Positions 26,754-34,302 of a stretch of DNA of 40,601 nt are shown here, piece after piece; the stretch's first letter is position 1, and each line of letters opens with the position of its first letter. The translations under genes were made by a program, and so were the position numbers. The notes beneath the pieces were generated by a model. It saw only the letters and a program-made list of their open reading frames with translations, was not told the DNA's origin and ran no database searches. This DNA is from a virus (taxonomy: Duplodnaviria; Caudoviricetes), in IMG/VR virus record IMGVR_UViG_3300037462_000913, positions 1 to 40,601 of that record, one strand, 5' to 3'.

Positions 26754-27122
26754 TCAGAACAACCGCGGCTGGCGCGGATCGGCCTCGGGGGCCGGGTTCA
26801 GATACTTCCGAACCGTCACGTCCGTCGTGCGCAGAATGCGGGCGATATCGGAAACGGGCAAGCCCTTTGCTTTCAGGACAGCCGCGACCCAGGGTTTGAC
26901 CAGCGGAATCCGGGCGGGCCACTCGCCGCCCTCGGCCAGCCGGGCCAGCGCTTCGGCCTTTTCGCGCCCCAGGACCTTGACGATCCGCGACCGCGCCGTC
27001 GGGTTGCGGGCGATGTAGATCTCGACGCCCCCGAATTCCTCCAGGAACTTGATCGTGTCGTCCACGCCCAGGACGCGGACGAAGGGCTCGATCTGGGCGG
27101 GCGGGCGCGGCAGGTCGGTCAT
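26754..27122 (-). CDS. Mor/C-like late transcription activator
   Basis: LG......F...FGG..IYI plus C-terminal HTH; last early gene before lysis. Confidence 0.8.
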   Translation of the reverse strand: MTDLPRPPAQIEPFVRVLGVDDTIKFLEEFGGVEIYIARNPTARSRIVKVLGREKAEALARLAEGGEWPARIPLVKPWVAAVLKAKGLPVSDIARILRTTDVTVRKYLNPAPEADPRQPRLF

Positions 27123-27370
27123 CCGAGGCTCCTGACCGTGGCATCCAGCCGACGCACCTGGTCCTCCAGGCGAAGGATCGCCTCCCGCTGCTCCAGGATC
27201 GTGTCGTGCTGCTTGGCCAGGCGTCGGGCCTGCTCCAGGGTCAGCTGGTTCCGCGTTTCGATCTCGATGGTCAGCGCCTGCTCCAGCACCGTCATCCGGT
27301 CGCACAGTGCCAGCAGCGCCATCTCCTGCGCGTGCAGGCGATTGGGGTCCTCGCCCTGCCAGCGGATCAT
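27119..27370 (-). CDS. hypothetical coiled-coil protein
   Basis: ATGA coupling on both sides. Confidence 0.65.
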   Translation of the reverse strand: MIRWQGEDPNRLHAQEMALLALCDRMTVLEQALTIEIETRNQLTLEQARRLAKQHDTILEQREAILRLEDQVRRLDATVRSLG

Positions 27371-28050
27371 GACGCGGCCTCGTAGTCGCCCGGCCGGGTC
27401 AAGCGCAGGCTGCACGGGGCGATCCAGTCAAAGCTGGTGAACGTCCCGCTCGACCACTTCGTCCAGACCACCCAGCAATAGGCCGTGGCACTGGACGGCT
27501 TGCGTACGACGAAAGCCTGTTCCTTCTCGGACCAGGTCTCGACTGCCACCTGCGGGTTGACCAGCTTGCCCTTGTGCATAACGACCCGTTCGGTGAACTG
27601 CAGGATCAGGCTCGGCCGGTGGACCGCGAACAGGTCGCGATGCCTGCTCATACTTTCAAGGAACGCAAGGCGGACGATCACGGCGACATGGTCGCTGCAC
27701 TCCAGCCCGCGCCGGATGAACTGCTCAGCCAGCCGGAAGGGCGGGTTCGTGATCGTCCAGTCGGTGCGCGCTGGCGGCGGGCCGAAGAGGTAGTCCTCGA
27801 CGGGGAAGCCCGCGCCATAGTCGTGGACATCGCTTGCTTCGACACGCCCGAAGAACTCGCGCAGCGGCCGGACCATGTGCCCACGGTTCGAGGCTGGCTC
27901 GCGGACCGACTTGTCCAAGAACGGCCCGAAGGACGGCATCAAATAGTCCATAAGAGCCCGCGTGGCCCAGGGCGGCGTCGGGAAATCGTCAAGGCTGTCA
28001 TGTGGCTCGGCCCGCTGCTGCATCACGGCCGAGGAACGGTTCTGGCTCAT
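27367..28050 (-). CDS. amino (N6A/N4C) DNA methyltransferase
   Basis: FPTP.W, EPASNRGHM (motif I variant), ITNPPF (motif IV). Confidence 0.85.
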   Translation of the reverse strand: MSQNRSSAVMQQRAEPHDSLDDFPTPPWATRALMDYLMPSFGPFLDKSVREPASNRGHMVRPLREFFGRVEASDVHDYGAGFPVEDYLFGPPPARTDWTITNPPFRLAEQFIRRGLECSDHVAVIVRLAFLESMSRHRDLFAVHRPSLILQFTERVVMHKGKLVNPQVAVETWSEKEQAFVVRKPSSATAYCWVVWTKWSSGTFTSFDWIAPCSLRLTRPGDYEAAS

Positions 28051-28313
28051 TCCTCGTCCTCCTCGCGGATCCGGCGGCGGCGCTTGCGGCCATTGCGCTG
28101 GGGGATGGACTTGACCGGAATGCAGCTGACCAGACGGTCCTCGACCAGGACATAGCGGATCCCGTCGGCCACTGTTGCAGCCGCCCCGGCCTCGATCGCC
28201 GCGTCGACCTTAAGGCCCAGCTCACGCCGCACGCTCTCGATATCGATACCTTGCACCCTCTCCAGGTGGCGCAGAACAGCGTGGTCGGTCACATAGGCGA
28301 TGGGCTTTTTCAC
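28047..28313 (-). CDS. hypothetical phage protein
   Basis: VTDHAVLR.LERV.G.D motif; GTG start coupled to GemA. Confidence 0.75.
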   Translation of the reverse strand: MKKPIAYVTDHAVLRHLERVQGIDIESVRRELGLKVDAAIEAGAAATVADGIRYVLVEDRLVSCIPVKSIPQRNGRKRRRRIREEDEE

Positions 28314-28747
28314 AGCTCGATCCCCGCCCGCGCACACATGCCCTTCAGCGCCTCGATCACCGTGGCGATCTGGCGATGGTCCTGCATGGCGTCGATGTCG
28401 AAGACGGCCGCGCCCCAGGCCTTCTCGAACCGCGCGCGGATGAAGGCATTCAGCCCCTTGGCCCCGCCCTGGGTGACGGCCCCGGCCTTGTGCAGCTTGC
28501 CCCACAGGACATGGGCGAACCGGACGTCAGCCCGCTTCGCCGCCGGGCGCTTGGCCCGGGCCTTGCCCGCATGGGGATTGAACCCGCGCTCCTTCAGAGC
28601 GGTGACCAGCTTGTTCAGGTCGCCCTCGTCCATGTCATGCATGGACTCCTTGCCGGTGACAACCAGCTGCAGATCGCGCCGGGTCTCCCCGTCGATCCCC
28701 AGCTCGCGGCAGCCGACATGGACAAGTTTCTGCAGGGCGCGGGTCAT
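28310..28747 (-). CDS. gemA: GemA / Mu gp16 family regulatory protein
   Basis: HV..RELG.D, TGK.S, L..RGF, LW..L..AG, L..FI, VIEALK. Confidence 0.9.
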   Translation of the reverse strand: MTRALQKLVHVGCRELGIDGETRRDLQLVVTGKESMHDMDEGDLNKLVTALKERGFNPHAGKARAKRPAAKRADVRFAHVLWGKLHKAGAVTQGGAKGLNAFIRARFEKAWGAAVFDIDAMQDHRQIATVIEALKGMCARAGIEL

Positions 28748-29073
28748 GGCAGTTCACCGACCACTGGGATCGGCACTAGGGGACAAAAGAACTGCCCCTT
28801 TGCGATGGTCAGGCCATCTTCACCTTCTGGGGGCCAAACGAAGAGCTGGAACTGGTGTCGGACCTCACGGCCAGGGTAGGTCCAGGCCGCAATAAACCAT
28901 CGCCAGTCGCCAGCGTACGCATAGATCGCATGGCTTTCGGAGGTTTCGATGTAGCTGAACAGATCGAGCTCGGGCAGCAGGCGGTAGAATGCTAGGTTGT
29001 GTACCAAGAGGTGCCGATAGGCCTCACGGCAGATTGCCTCCGACGCTGGCCGCCAATCCACAGGGCCGTTCAT
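28744..29073 (-). CDS. hypothetical protein (lower-GC accessory gene)
   Basis: ATGA coupling on both sides. Confidence 0.65.
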   Translation of the reverse strand: MNGPVDWRPASEAICREAYRHLLVHNLAFYRLLPELDLFSYIETSESHAIYAYAGDWRWFIAAWTYPGREVRHQFQLFVWPPEGEDGLTIAKGQFFCPLVPIPVVGELP

Positions 29074-29351
29074 TGCACCGCCCCCTTGCCCGACGCCTCC
29101 CGCTCAGCGGCGGCAGTAGAAACCAGTCGGAAACCCTCCTGAATGCCCTCCATCAGCGGCGTCCAGCAGGTGATCGCCTCGTGGAGATCGAGCGCAGAGT
29201 GGATTGTCATCGCCGCGCCAATCCCGCAGCCGATGGCGCGCAGCCGATCGTGCACGGGCATGTCTTCGGGGCGATCCTTGATCAGATCGATCACGGTCCC
29301 CGTGGCCGGGTCTACGAGCTGAAGGAATATGGTCACTTCAGGCGCGCTCAT
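29070..29351 (-). CDS. hypothetical protein
   Basis: Coupled ORF in the early operon. Confidence 0.65.
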   Translation of the reverse strand: MSAPEVTIFLQLVDPATGTVIDLIKDRPEDMPVHDRLRAIGCGIGAAMTIHSALDLHEAITCWTPLMEGIQEGFRLVSTAAAEREASGKGAVQ

Positions 29352-29737
29352 GACGCCACCCGAAGGTTAGTCGAACGCGCCCTCGCCATCGTTCGGATCA
29401 ACGGTCTCCCACCAGGTGGGCAGGGCCTTGTCCGGGTCGCCGCCGAGCCGCTGCGCGCCCCGTTCATGTCGCGCACCGGCAACGCTGCAGCCACATCTTC
29501 CCCGATGCGGCGGACGCCAGCGCTCCCAAAACGGATGATCTGGTGGCAGAACGACACCATCGAATGCCGCGTGGCTCTCGGGGCAGGAAATGGGGTCGTG
29601 GGCACGGTAGACCCACAGCGCGAACCCGCCCGTGCGAAGCTGGGCGAGACGCCGCTCCTTGAATGCTGCCCGATCCACGCCCGATTCCCTCTGCTGGCAG
29701 AGAGGATGATACCGACAAGGCTGCTCATGACGCCACC
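29346..29737. repeat. 15-bp direct repeat gctcatgacgccacc (29346-29360 and 29723-29737)
   Basis: Exact match flanking the mini-MuF gene. Confidence 0.85.
29367..29678 (-). CDS. standalone mini-MuF domain protein
   Basis: 46/86 ungapped identities (hand count) to this phage's own MuF; AGAGGGA RBS before GTG. Confidence 0.8.
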   Translation of the reverse strand: MDRAAFKERRLAQLRTGGFALWVYRAHDPISCPESHAAFDGVVLPPDHPFWERWRPPHRGRCGCSVAGARHERGAQRLGGDPDKALPTWWETVDPNDGEGAFD

Positions 29738-30021
29738 TCGCACTGAGCTTTGAAGTGCTCGATCAGCTCAACCTCAGAGGCCCCGACCAGGGCACCGTCG
29801 AACGGGCTGATCAAGGCGATGCTAAGGAATACCTTGTGCGTCAGCTTGAAGGTGAAGGGCGGAATGCCCTCGACCTCGGTCTTCTGGCCGTTCATCTCGA
29901 CCAGCCAGTCATCCGTCTCGCCGGTCCATAGGCCAGGGAGAAGATCGACGCGCTCGGCTCCTTTCGAGGTGGCCCATTCCACCAGCACGGCAAACAGTTC
30001 GGAAATCGGACGCTCGGTCAT
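29725..30021 (-). CDS. hypothetical protein
   Basis: ATG 30021 coupled to the ASCH stop. Confidence 0.7.
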   Translation of the reverse strand: MTERPISELFAVLVEWATSKGAERVDLLPGLWTGETDDWLVEMNGQKTEVEGIPPFTFKLTHKVFLSIALISPFDGALVGASEVELIEHFKAQCEVAS

Positions 30022-30428
30022 GCCGCCACCGCCATTTCCGTCTCGGCGGGGCGGGCCCACTCGATCAGAAGGCCGCGAAAACAGCCAGGAACCGTCTCCG
30101 GGTGGTTATCGCGCCAGAACGCCCACATGTCGACCGCGTCGGTGAACCCGTCGCGCAGGGCGAATGCGTCAAGGTCTCGAACCGGAACACAATCGGTGAA
30201 GATCCGGGCGATCTCGCCCTCCCGGAAGGTGATCTTGACATTCATCACCGTCAGGCAGGGCGTGTCGGGCAGGATGCGCTGGCAATGTGCGGTCCGCATG
30301 CCGGAATAAAGCTGCAGCAGCTCGCCCGGTCGGGCATGGCGGCGCAGGCCTACGGCGCGGATCGTCTGGGTCTTCAGACCCTGACGGATCGGCTCGATGA
30401 AACGCGGTTTGAAACTGTAGGCAACCAT
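30018..30428 (-). CDS. ASCH domain protein
   Basis: F...F...I..G.KTQTIR, G..LQLY.GMR, FA.RDGF. Confidence 0.85.
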   Translation of the reverse strand: MVAYSFKPRFIEPIRQGLKTQTIRAVGLRRHARPGELLQLYSGMRTAHCQRILPDTPCLTVMNVKITFREGEIARIFTDCVPVRDLDAFALRDGFTDAVDMWAFWRDNHPETVPGCFRGLLIEWARPAETEMAVAA

Positions 30429-30484
30429 GGTGTTCGTCCCCTTGTGGCAGCACCCCCGGCCCAGGCAGGGCCGGGGGCAAAGGA

Positions 30485-30751
30485 TCAGGCCTTGGGCTTG
30501 GCAGCCTTGAAGGTCATCGTGGTTGAGGCCGGGATGTCGACCGGCAGGCCGGTCTGCGGGTTCCGGCCCGTGCGGGCGGCTCGGGTCTTCATCTCGAAGG
30601 TGCCGAAGCCCTGGATGATCACCTTCTCTCCGGCGGCGGCACCGCCCCGGATCAGGTTCAGGAGGGCATCCACACAGGCGCCTGCGGCGGCTTTCGTCAT
30701 GCCCTGGGTTTCGGCCAGGTCGTCGATCAGTTTTCCTTTGGACACGGTCAT
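30485..30751 (-). CDS. hup: HU family DNA-binding protein
   Basis: V.I.GFGTF...RAAR.GRNPQTG..V.IPA....FK. Confidence 0.95.
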   Translation of the reverse strand: MTVSKGKLIDDLAETQGMTKAAAGACVDALLNLIRGGAAAGEKVIIQGFGTFEMKTRAARTGRNPQTGLPVDIPASTTMTFKAAKPKA

Positions 30752-30823
30752 GTCAGGTCTTCCTCTGGTGGCAGCGCCTCACTGGCGCGGGGTTGACCCG
30801 GCGGCGCACCGCCGGGGATGGGG

Positions 30824-30952
30824 TCACTGAACGGTCTGGGTGACCGCGATCAGCAAGGCCAGGCACAGGGCCAGCGCGGCCGCGTCCCAGCTGCGGCCGA
30901 GCAGGATGCCGAAGGCGGTGCAGGCCAGGAAGAACGCGAAGGCCTCAGCCAT
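30824..30952 (-). CDS. small two-TM membrane protein
   Basis: GGAGG RBS; hydrophobic 42 aa. Confidence 0.55.
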   Translation of the reverse strand: MAEAFAFFLACTAFGILLGRSWDAAALALCLALLIAVTQTVQ

Positions 30953-31178
30953 GATAAGCCTCCAGCGTGGCGCGTTGCGGCTGGGCCGGGTCGTTCTCTG
31001 GCCTCCAGTAGGGACGTTTGATGTCCACGCGCACATGTCAGAGAAGCGGCCCGGCAACGACCTTCACCGTTCCCTTGGCAACGGCATCTGCGACCTTCAG
31101 CCTGAGTTGGCCGTCGGGCTGGCAGACGAAGTCTGCGGGCAGGTCATGTATCCAGACAGGCAAGTACGCGTCTGCCAT
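30945..31178 (-). pseudogene. 77-codon ORF interrupted by an in-frame TGA at 31038-31040
   Basis: Frame continues after the TGA to an ...LEAYHG* end overlapping the next ATG. Confidence 0.5.
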
Positions 31179-31181
31179 GGC

Positions 31182-31835
31182 TCAGGCCTTCGCCATGTCG
31201 ATGGTCACGGGGTGCCAGGGCTGGTCGGCGCTGTCGCGGCGGTAGGCGCGGATGTAGGTCTGGGTGCCCTCGACCCGGATCGCATCGCGGATCGCCCGCA
31301 TGGCCTCTTTCCAGCGCGCGTCCTCGATTTCCAGCCGCAACAGGGTGAAGATCTCGGCCCGGTTGATCTGGCCTTCCTTGTCGGTGTTGAAGGCGCGGGT
31401 GACGATGGCCTGCAACTCGGGCCGGGCGCTGGCTGCCCATTCGTTCAGGCACTCGTCCAGCAGGGTCTTGGCGATCTGAAGCTCGGGTCCGAAGGTCAGT
31501 CGGTCTGCGACCTGGACCTGCACCTTCAGGCAGCCGTCAAAGCTGGTCAGGGTCATGTTGCCCTTCTTGCCGCCCAGGGTCGCGCCATACTGCTCGGCCA
31601 GAAGCGCCTCCAGCGCGCCAATGTCCTCGAAGGTGTGGGCCTTCAGCCGGGCGATCTGCTCGCTGGCCGCGACCATCCAGCCCATGATGCTGCGCACGGT
31701 CTGGTCGATCAGCAGGTCGGCGGGTTTGACGGTCGAGACGGGCAGGTAGCCGCCTTTGGCGTCTATGATCCGCTCGGTCCCGTCGATGGTGATGCGCCCG
31801 GTGGGGATCGGCGCGGGTTTGAACTCACTGGCCAT
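31182..31835 (-). CDS. DUF3164 family protein
   Basis: GGKKGN.TL.SFDG, FGPELQ.AK.L.DECL..W, W..AM.AI.D. Confidence 0.9.
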   Translation of the reverse strand: MASEFKPAPIPTGRITIDGTERIIDAKGGYLPVSTVKPADLLIDQTVRSIMGWMVAASEQIARLKAHTFEDIGALEALLAEQYGATLGGKKGNMTLTSFDGCLKVQVQVADRLTFGPELQIAKTLLDECLNEWAASARPELQAIVTRAFNTDKEGQINRAEIFTLLRLEIEDARWKEAMRAIRDAIRVEGTQTYIRAYRRDSADQPWHPVTIDMAKA

Positions 31836-32058
31836 CTTGGGCCTCCTTTCGGGTCAGGATCAGGGTGTCGGGCGGGGCTTCGCCCGGCGGGGTGGCGATC
31901 AGGCCCAGGGCGACCAGCGCCAGGGCCATGTCCTCGATTTCGGTGATCGACAGGCCAGTGATGCCGCGCAGGCCGTGCATGTCGATTTTTCCGACCGCGC
32001 GAGAGGCACCTTCTATCACCTGGCGCAGGGTCTTCGGGTTGTGGGGCACCTCAGCCAT
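31825..32058 (-). CDS. hypothetical protein
   Basis: GGAGG RBS, overlapping junctions. Confidence 0.7.
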   Translation of the reverse strand: MAEVPHNPKTLRQVIEGASRAVGKIDMHGLRGITGLSITEIEDMALALVALGLIATPPGEAPPDTLILTRKEAQDGQ

Positions 32059-32554
32059 TGGCACCCTCCAGCTGGCTCAGGAAGGACAGCGCTGCCTTGC
32101 GGGCCTCGGCGTCGGTCAGCTCGCCGTCGTGAAGGACCTGGATCGCCGCAAGCAGCTGCCAGGGCCTCGCCTGTCGCTCTGTCGATGCCTCCTCGTGGGC
32201 CTCCTGCACGACTTGCCGTGCTGTCTCGACCAGTTGGTCGGCCAGCATGCGGTCAGCGTTAGCGCCATAGCCGACCTTGCGGACGGCCTCATGGACAGTG
32301 GCCATGTCGCGCCCGCCCAGATAGCGACCGATCAGCGTGTAGGACGCTGTCGGATCGATTTGCCGGATCAGGTACATCAGCCGGTGCCGATGATGACTGA
32401 TGACCGCAGCCTTGCTTGGTCCGGTCAGGTCATCGACGGAAAGACCCAGAAGACGTGCATAGGCTCGGATCAACTGGCTGATCGACGGCTTGGAGGGTGG
32501 CGATTGGCGTTGCGGGCTCAACGTGTGAATTACCCCAAAAAGTGCAGGTCCCAT
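32051..32554 (-). CDS. DnaA C-terminal (domain IV)-like HTH protein
   Basis: DL.G......S..R...MYL.R....S...IGRYLGGRDMATV.EAVRKV; start ATG 32554. Confidence 0.82.
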   Translation of the reverse strand: MGPALFGVIHTLSPQRQSPPSKPSISQLIRAYARLLGLSVDDLTGPSKAAVISHHRHRLMYLIRQIDPTASYTLIGRYLGGRDMATVHEAVRKVGYGANADRMLADQLVETARQVVQEAHEEASTERQARPWQLLAAIQVLHDGELTDAEARKAALSFLSQLEGANG

Positions 32555-32928
32555 TATGCCTCTCCCTCCCCCTTGAAGACCGGGCAGCGCTGGCAGGCCC
32601 GGAACATACGAGTGCGCAGCGGATTGCCGGGGGCGAAGGTCTTGGACTTCTCCCGCCAGTCCTGGCATTCGTGGCTGGGAAGCTGCCCCAGGGCCGGGCA
32701 CTCGACCCGCCCGTCCATGAGTATGCCCCTGACCCGCTCCTCGATCCGCTCGTAGGACCCGGCATACTTCTTGCGCAGGACGGTGCTGACGACGGCAGGC
32801 GACCGGTCCAGCTGGGCTGCGACCTTCGACTGGCTGGAACGGCCGCAGGCGATGGCCAGCGCACGGATCCAGTCGGGCAAGGGCGCACCCCAGGCCTCTT
32901 CGGCCATCGCAATCATGTCGGCGCTCAT
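32554..32928 (-). CDS. HTH regulator with Cys-rich C-terminus
   Basis: SQSKVA..L.RSPAVVS.VL..KY, CP.LG, AC..CP. Confidence 0.8.
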   Translation of the reverse strand: MSADMIAMAEEAWGAPLPDWIRALAIACGRSSQSKVAAQLDRSPAVVSTVLRKKYAGSYERIEERVRGILMDGRVECPALGQLPSHECQDWREKSKTFAPGNPLRTRMFRACQRCPVFKGEGEA

Positions 32929-33473
32929 TGGCCACCCCCGATCACGATGGTCTGCTCGGTGTTGGCGTCGATTACGGCGCGGACTCGCTTTTCGCGCGGC
33001 GGACGGGGGCCGGTGTTGCGGATCAGCCGGTAGATCGGCTCGGTCCTGCCTGGGACGGCCTTCCGGGCTACGGCCAGATAGCCCGCACCAAGCAAAGCGC
33101 GGCAGTACGCTTGGGCGTTCTCCAATGAAATCGCGACGGTCTCGGTTGTCGCATGGGCCGCCAAGGTGCGTGGGCTGAAGCTCTTCATCTGCCGCATTGC
33201 GGTCCAGAGATTGTCCTCAGGCGACCGGGCGCGGACCTGCAACGCCTGCCTCGCGCTGTCCTTCACTCGCCATTGCCATGGGGCACCCTCGTCCGCCGGG
33301 ACTTCCTCCAGAAGACCGGCCTTGATCCAGGCCTGTACCCGGTTTCGGGCCCAGGTCGACGACTTGTCCATGCGCCGGGCCAGGTCTGTGTAGCCAAACT
33401 GGTCGAGCGTGCAGGCCAGGGCAAAGGCTGCCTCTGCCATCGATTCTGCGTCCTTGGTCCAATCGTGCGTCAT
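32925..33473 (-). CDS. conserved Mu-like double-HTH protein downstream of B
   Basis: NLW.AMR..K.F, Y...L..AGYL, YRLI.NTGP.PP. Confidence 0.8.
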   Translation of the reverse strand: MTHDWTKDAESMAEAAFALACTLDQFGYTDLARRMDKSSTWARNRVQAWIKAGLLEEVPADEGAPWQWRVKDSARQALQVRARSPEDNLWTAMRQMKSFSPRTLAAHATTETVAISLENAQAYCRALLGAGYLAVARKAVPGRTEPIYRLIRNTGPRPPREKRVRAVIDANTEQTIVIGGGQ

Positions 33474-34243
33474 GCCGCCCTCCCCTTCCGCGCCACGGCA
33501 GGGACAGCCCCGCGCCGCAGGACCGGCGGCTCGCCAGTGTGGAAGGCCCCGTTGCCCCAGTCGGCCAGGGTCATGCGGACCAGACCGCGCACCGCCGCGA
33601 ACTCGGCGATGGCAGCAAGGTTGGTGCTGATGTAGCGGATCGAACCCCGAGAGGCCGTCAGGACCGCCTCTCGCAGCTCGGGCACGATCTCGACGTCCCG
33701 CGCATAGACTCGCGCCAGATGCTCAACGTCCTTGATGGTGCCCGGCTCAGCCTCGACCCAGGCCAGCATGCGGCCATGAACCCGCTCCCAAGCCTGCAGC
33801 TTCTGTGGCAGCAGCTCCTCACCCATCAGGATCACCGGTGCGCCAGAGACGTCGTGCAGCTTGCGGACAGCCTCGATCGTCTTGGTCGCCAGGATGTGGT
33901 CGGCCTCGTCGATGATCAGCGGGCGGCCGGTCACGGCCAGTTCTGCGGCAGCCTGGTCGAACATGTCGGGGATCAAACGCTTCGGACGCAGCCCCAACTC
34001 GGTCACGATCATTTCCAGAAGCTTCTTCAGCCCGCCGAAAGGCAACGCCTCGACGTGGCAGGCGCTCATCGTGTTCGTGACGTAGATCCCGCCCGTGGTC
34101 TTGCCCAAACCGGCGCGCCCGAAAAAGCAGCCAAGTCCAGGAAGTCCCGGACCCCGGTTCTGGCACCGGTCTACAAGTGCCACCAGGCGCGTCACGTTCG
34201 CCAAGGGCGCGACCGTATTGTAAAGTTCCCCAGTTCCTGTCAT
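33470..34243 (-). CDS. MuB-like AAA+ transposition ATPase
   Basis: Walker A GRAGLGKT, Walker B LIIDEAD; follows the transposase. Confidence 0.93.
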   Translation of the reverse strand: MTGTGELYNTVAPLANVTRLVALVDRCQNRGPGLPGLGCFFGRAGLGKTTGGIYVTNTMSACHVEALPFGGLKKLLEMIVTELGLRPKRLIPDMFDQAAAELAVTGRPLIIDEADHILATKTIEAVRKLHDVSGAPVILMGEELLPQKLQAWERVHGRMLAWVEAEPGTIKDVEHLARVYARDVEIVPELREAVLTASRGSIRYISTNLAAIAEFAAVRGLVRMTLADWGNGAFHTGEPPVLRRGAVPAVARKGRAA

Positions 34244-34302
34244 TTTCTCTCCTGCTCACTACTCGCCGCCGTGGGGTGTTTGCCCGCCCCCGGCGGCTCC
34301 CC

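Noticed and set aside
30453-30477. 10-bp GC hairpin after HU as an intrinsic terminator
   Set aside because: No U tract on the coding strand; the hairpin is real but terminator function is unsupported
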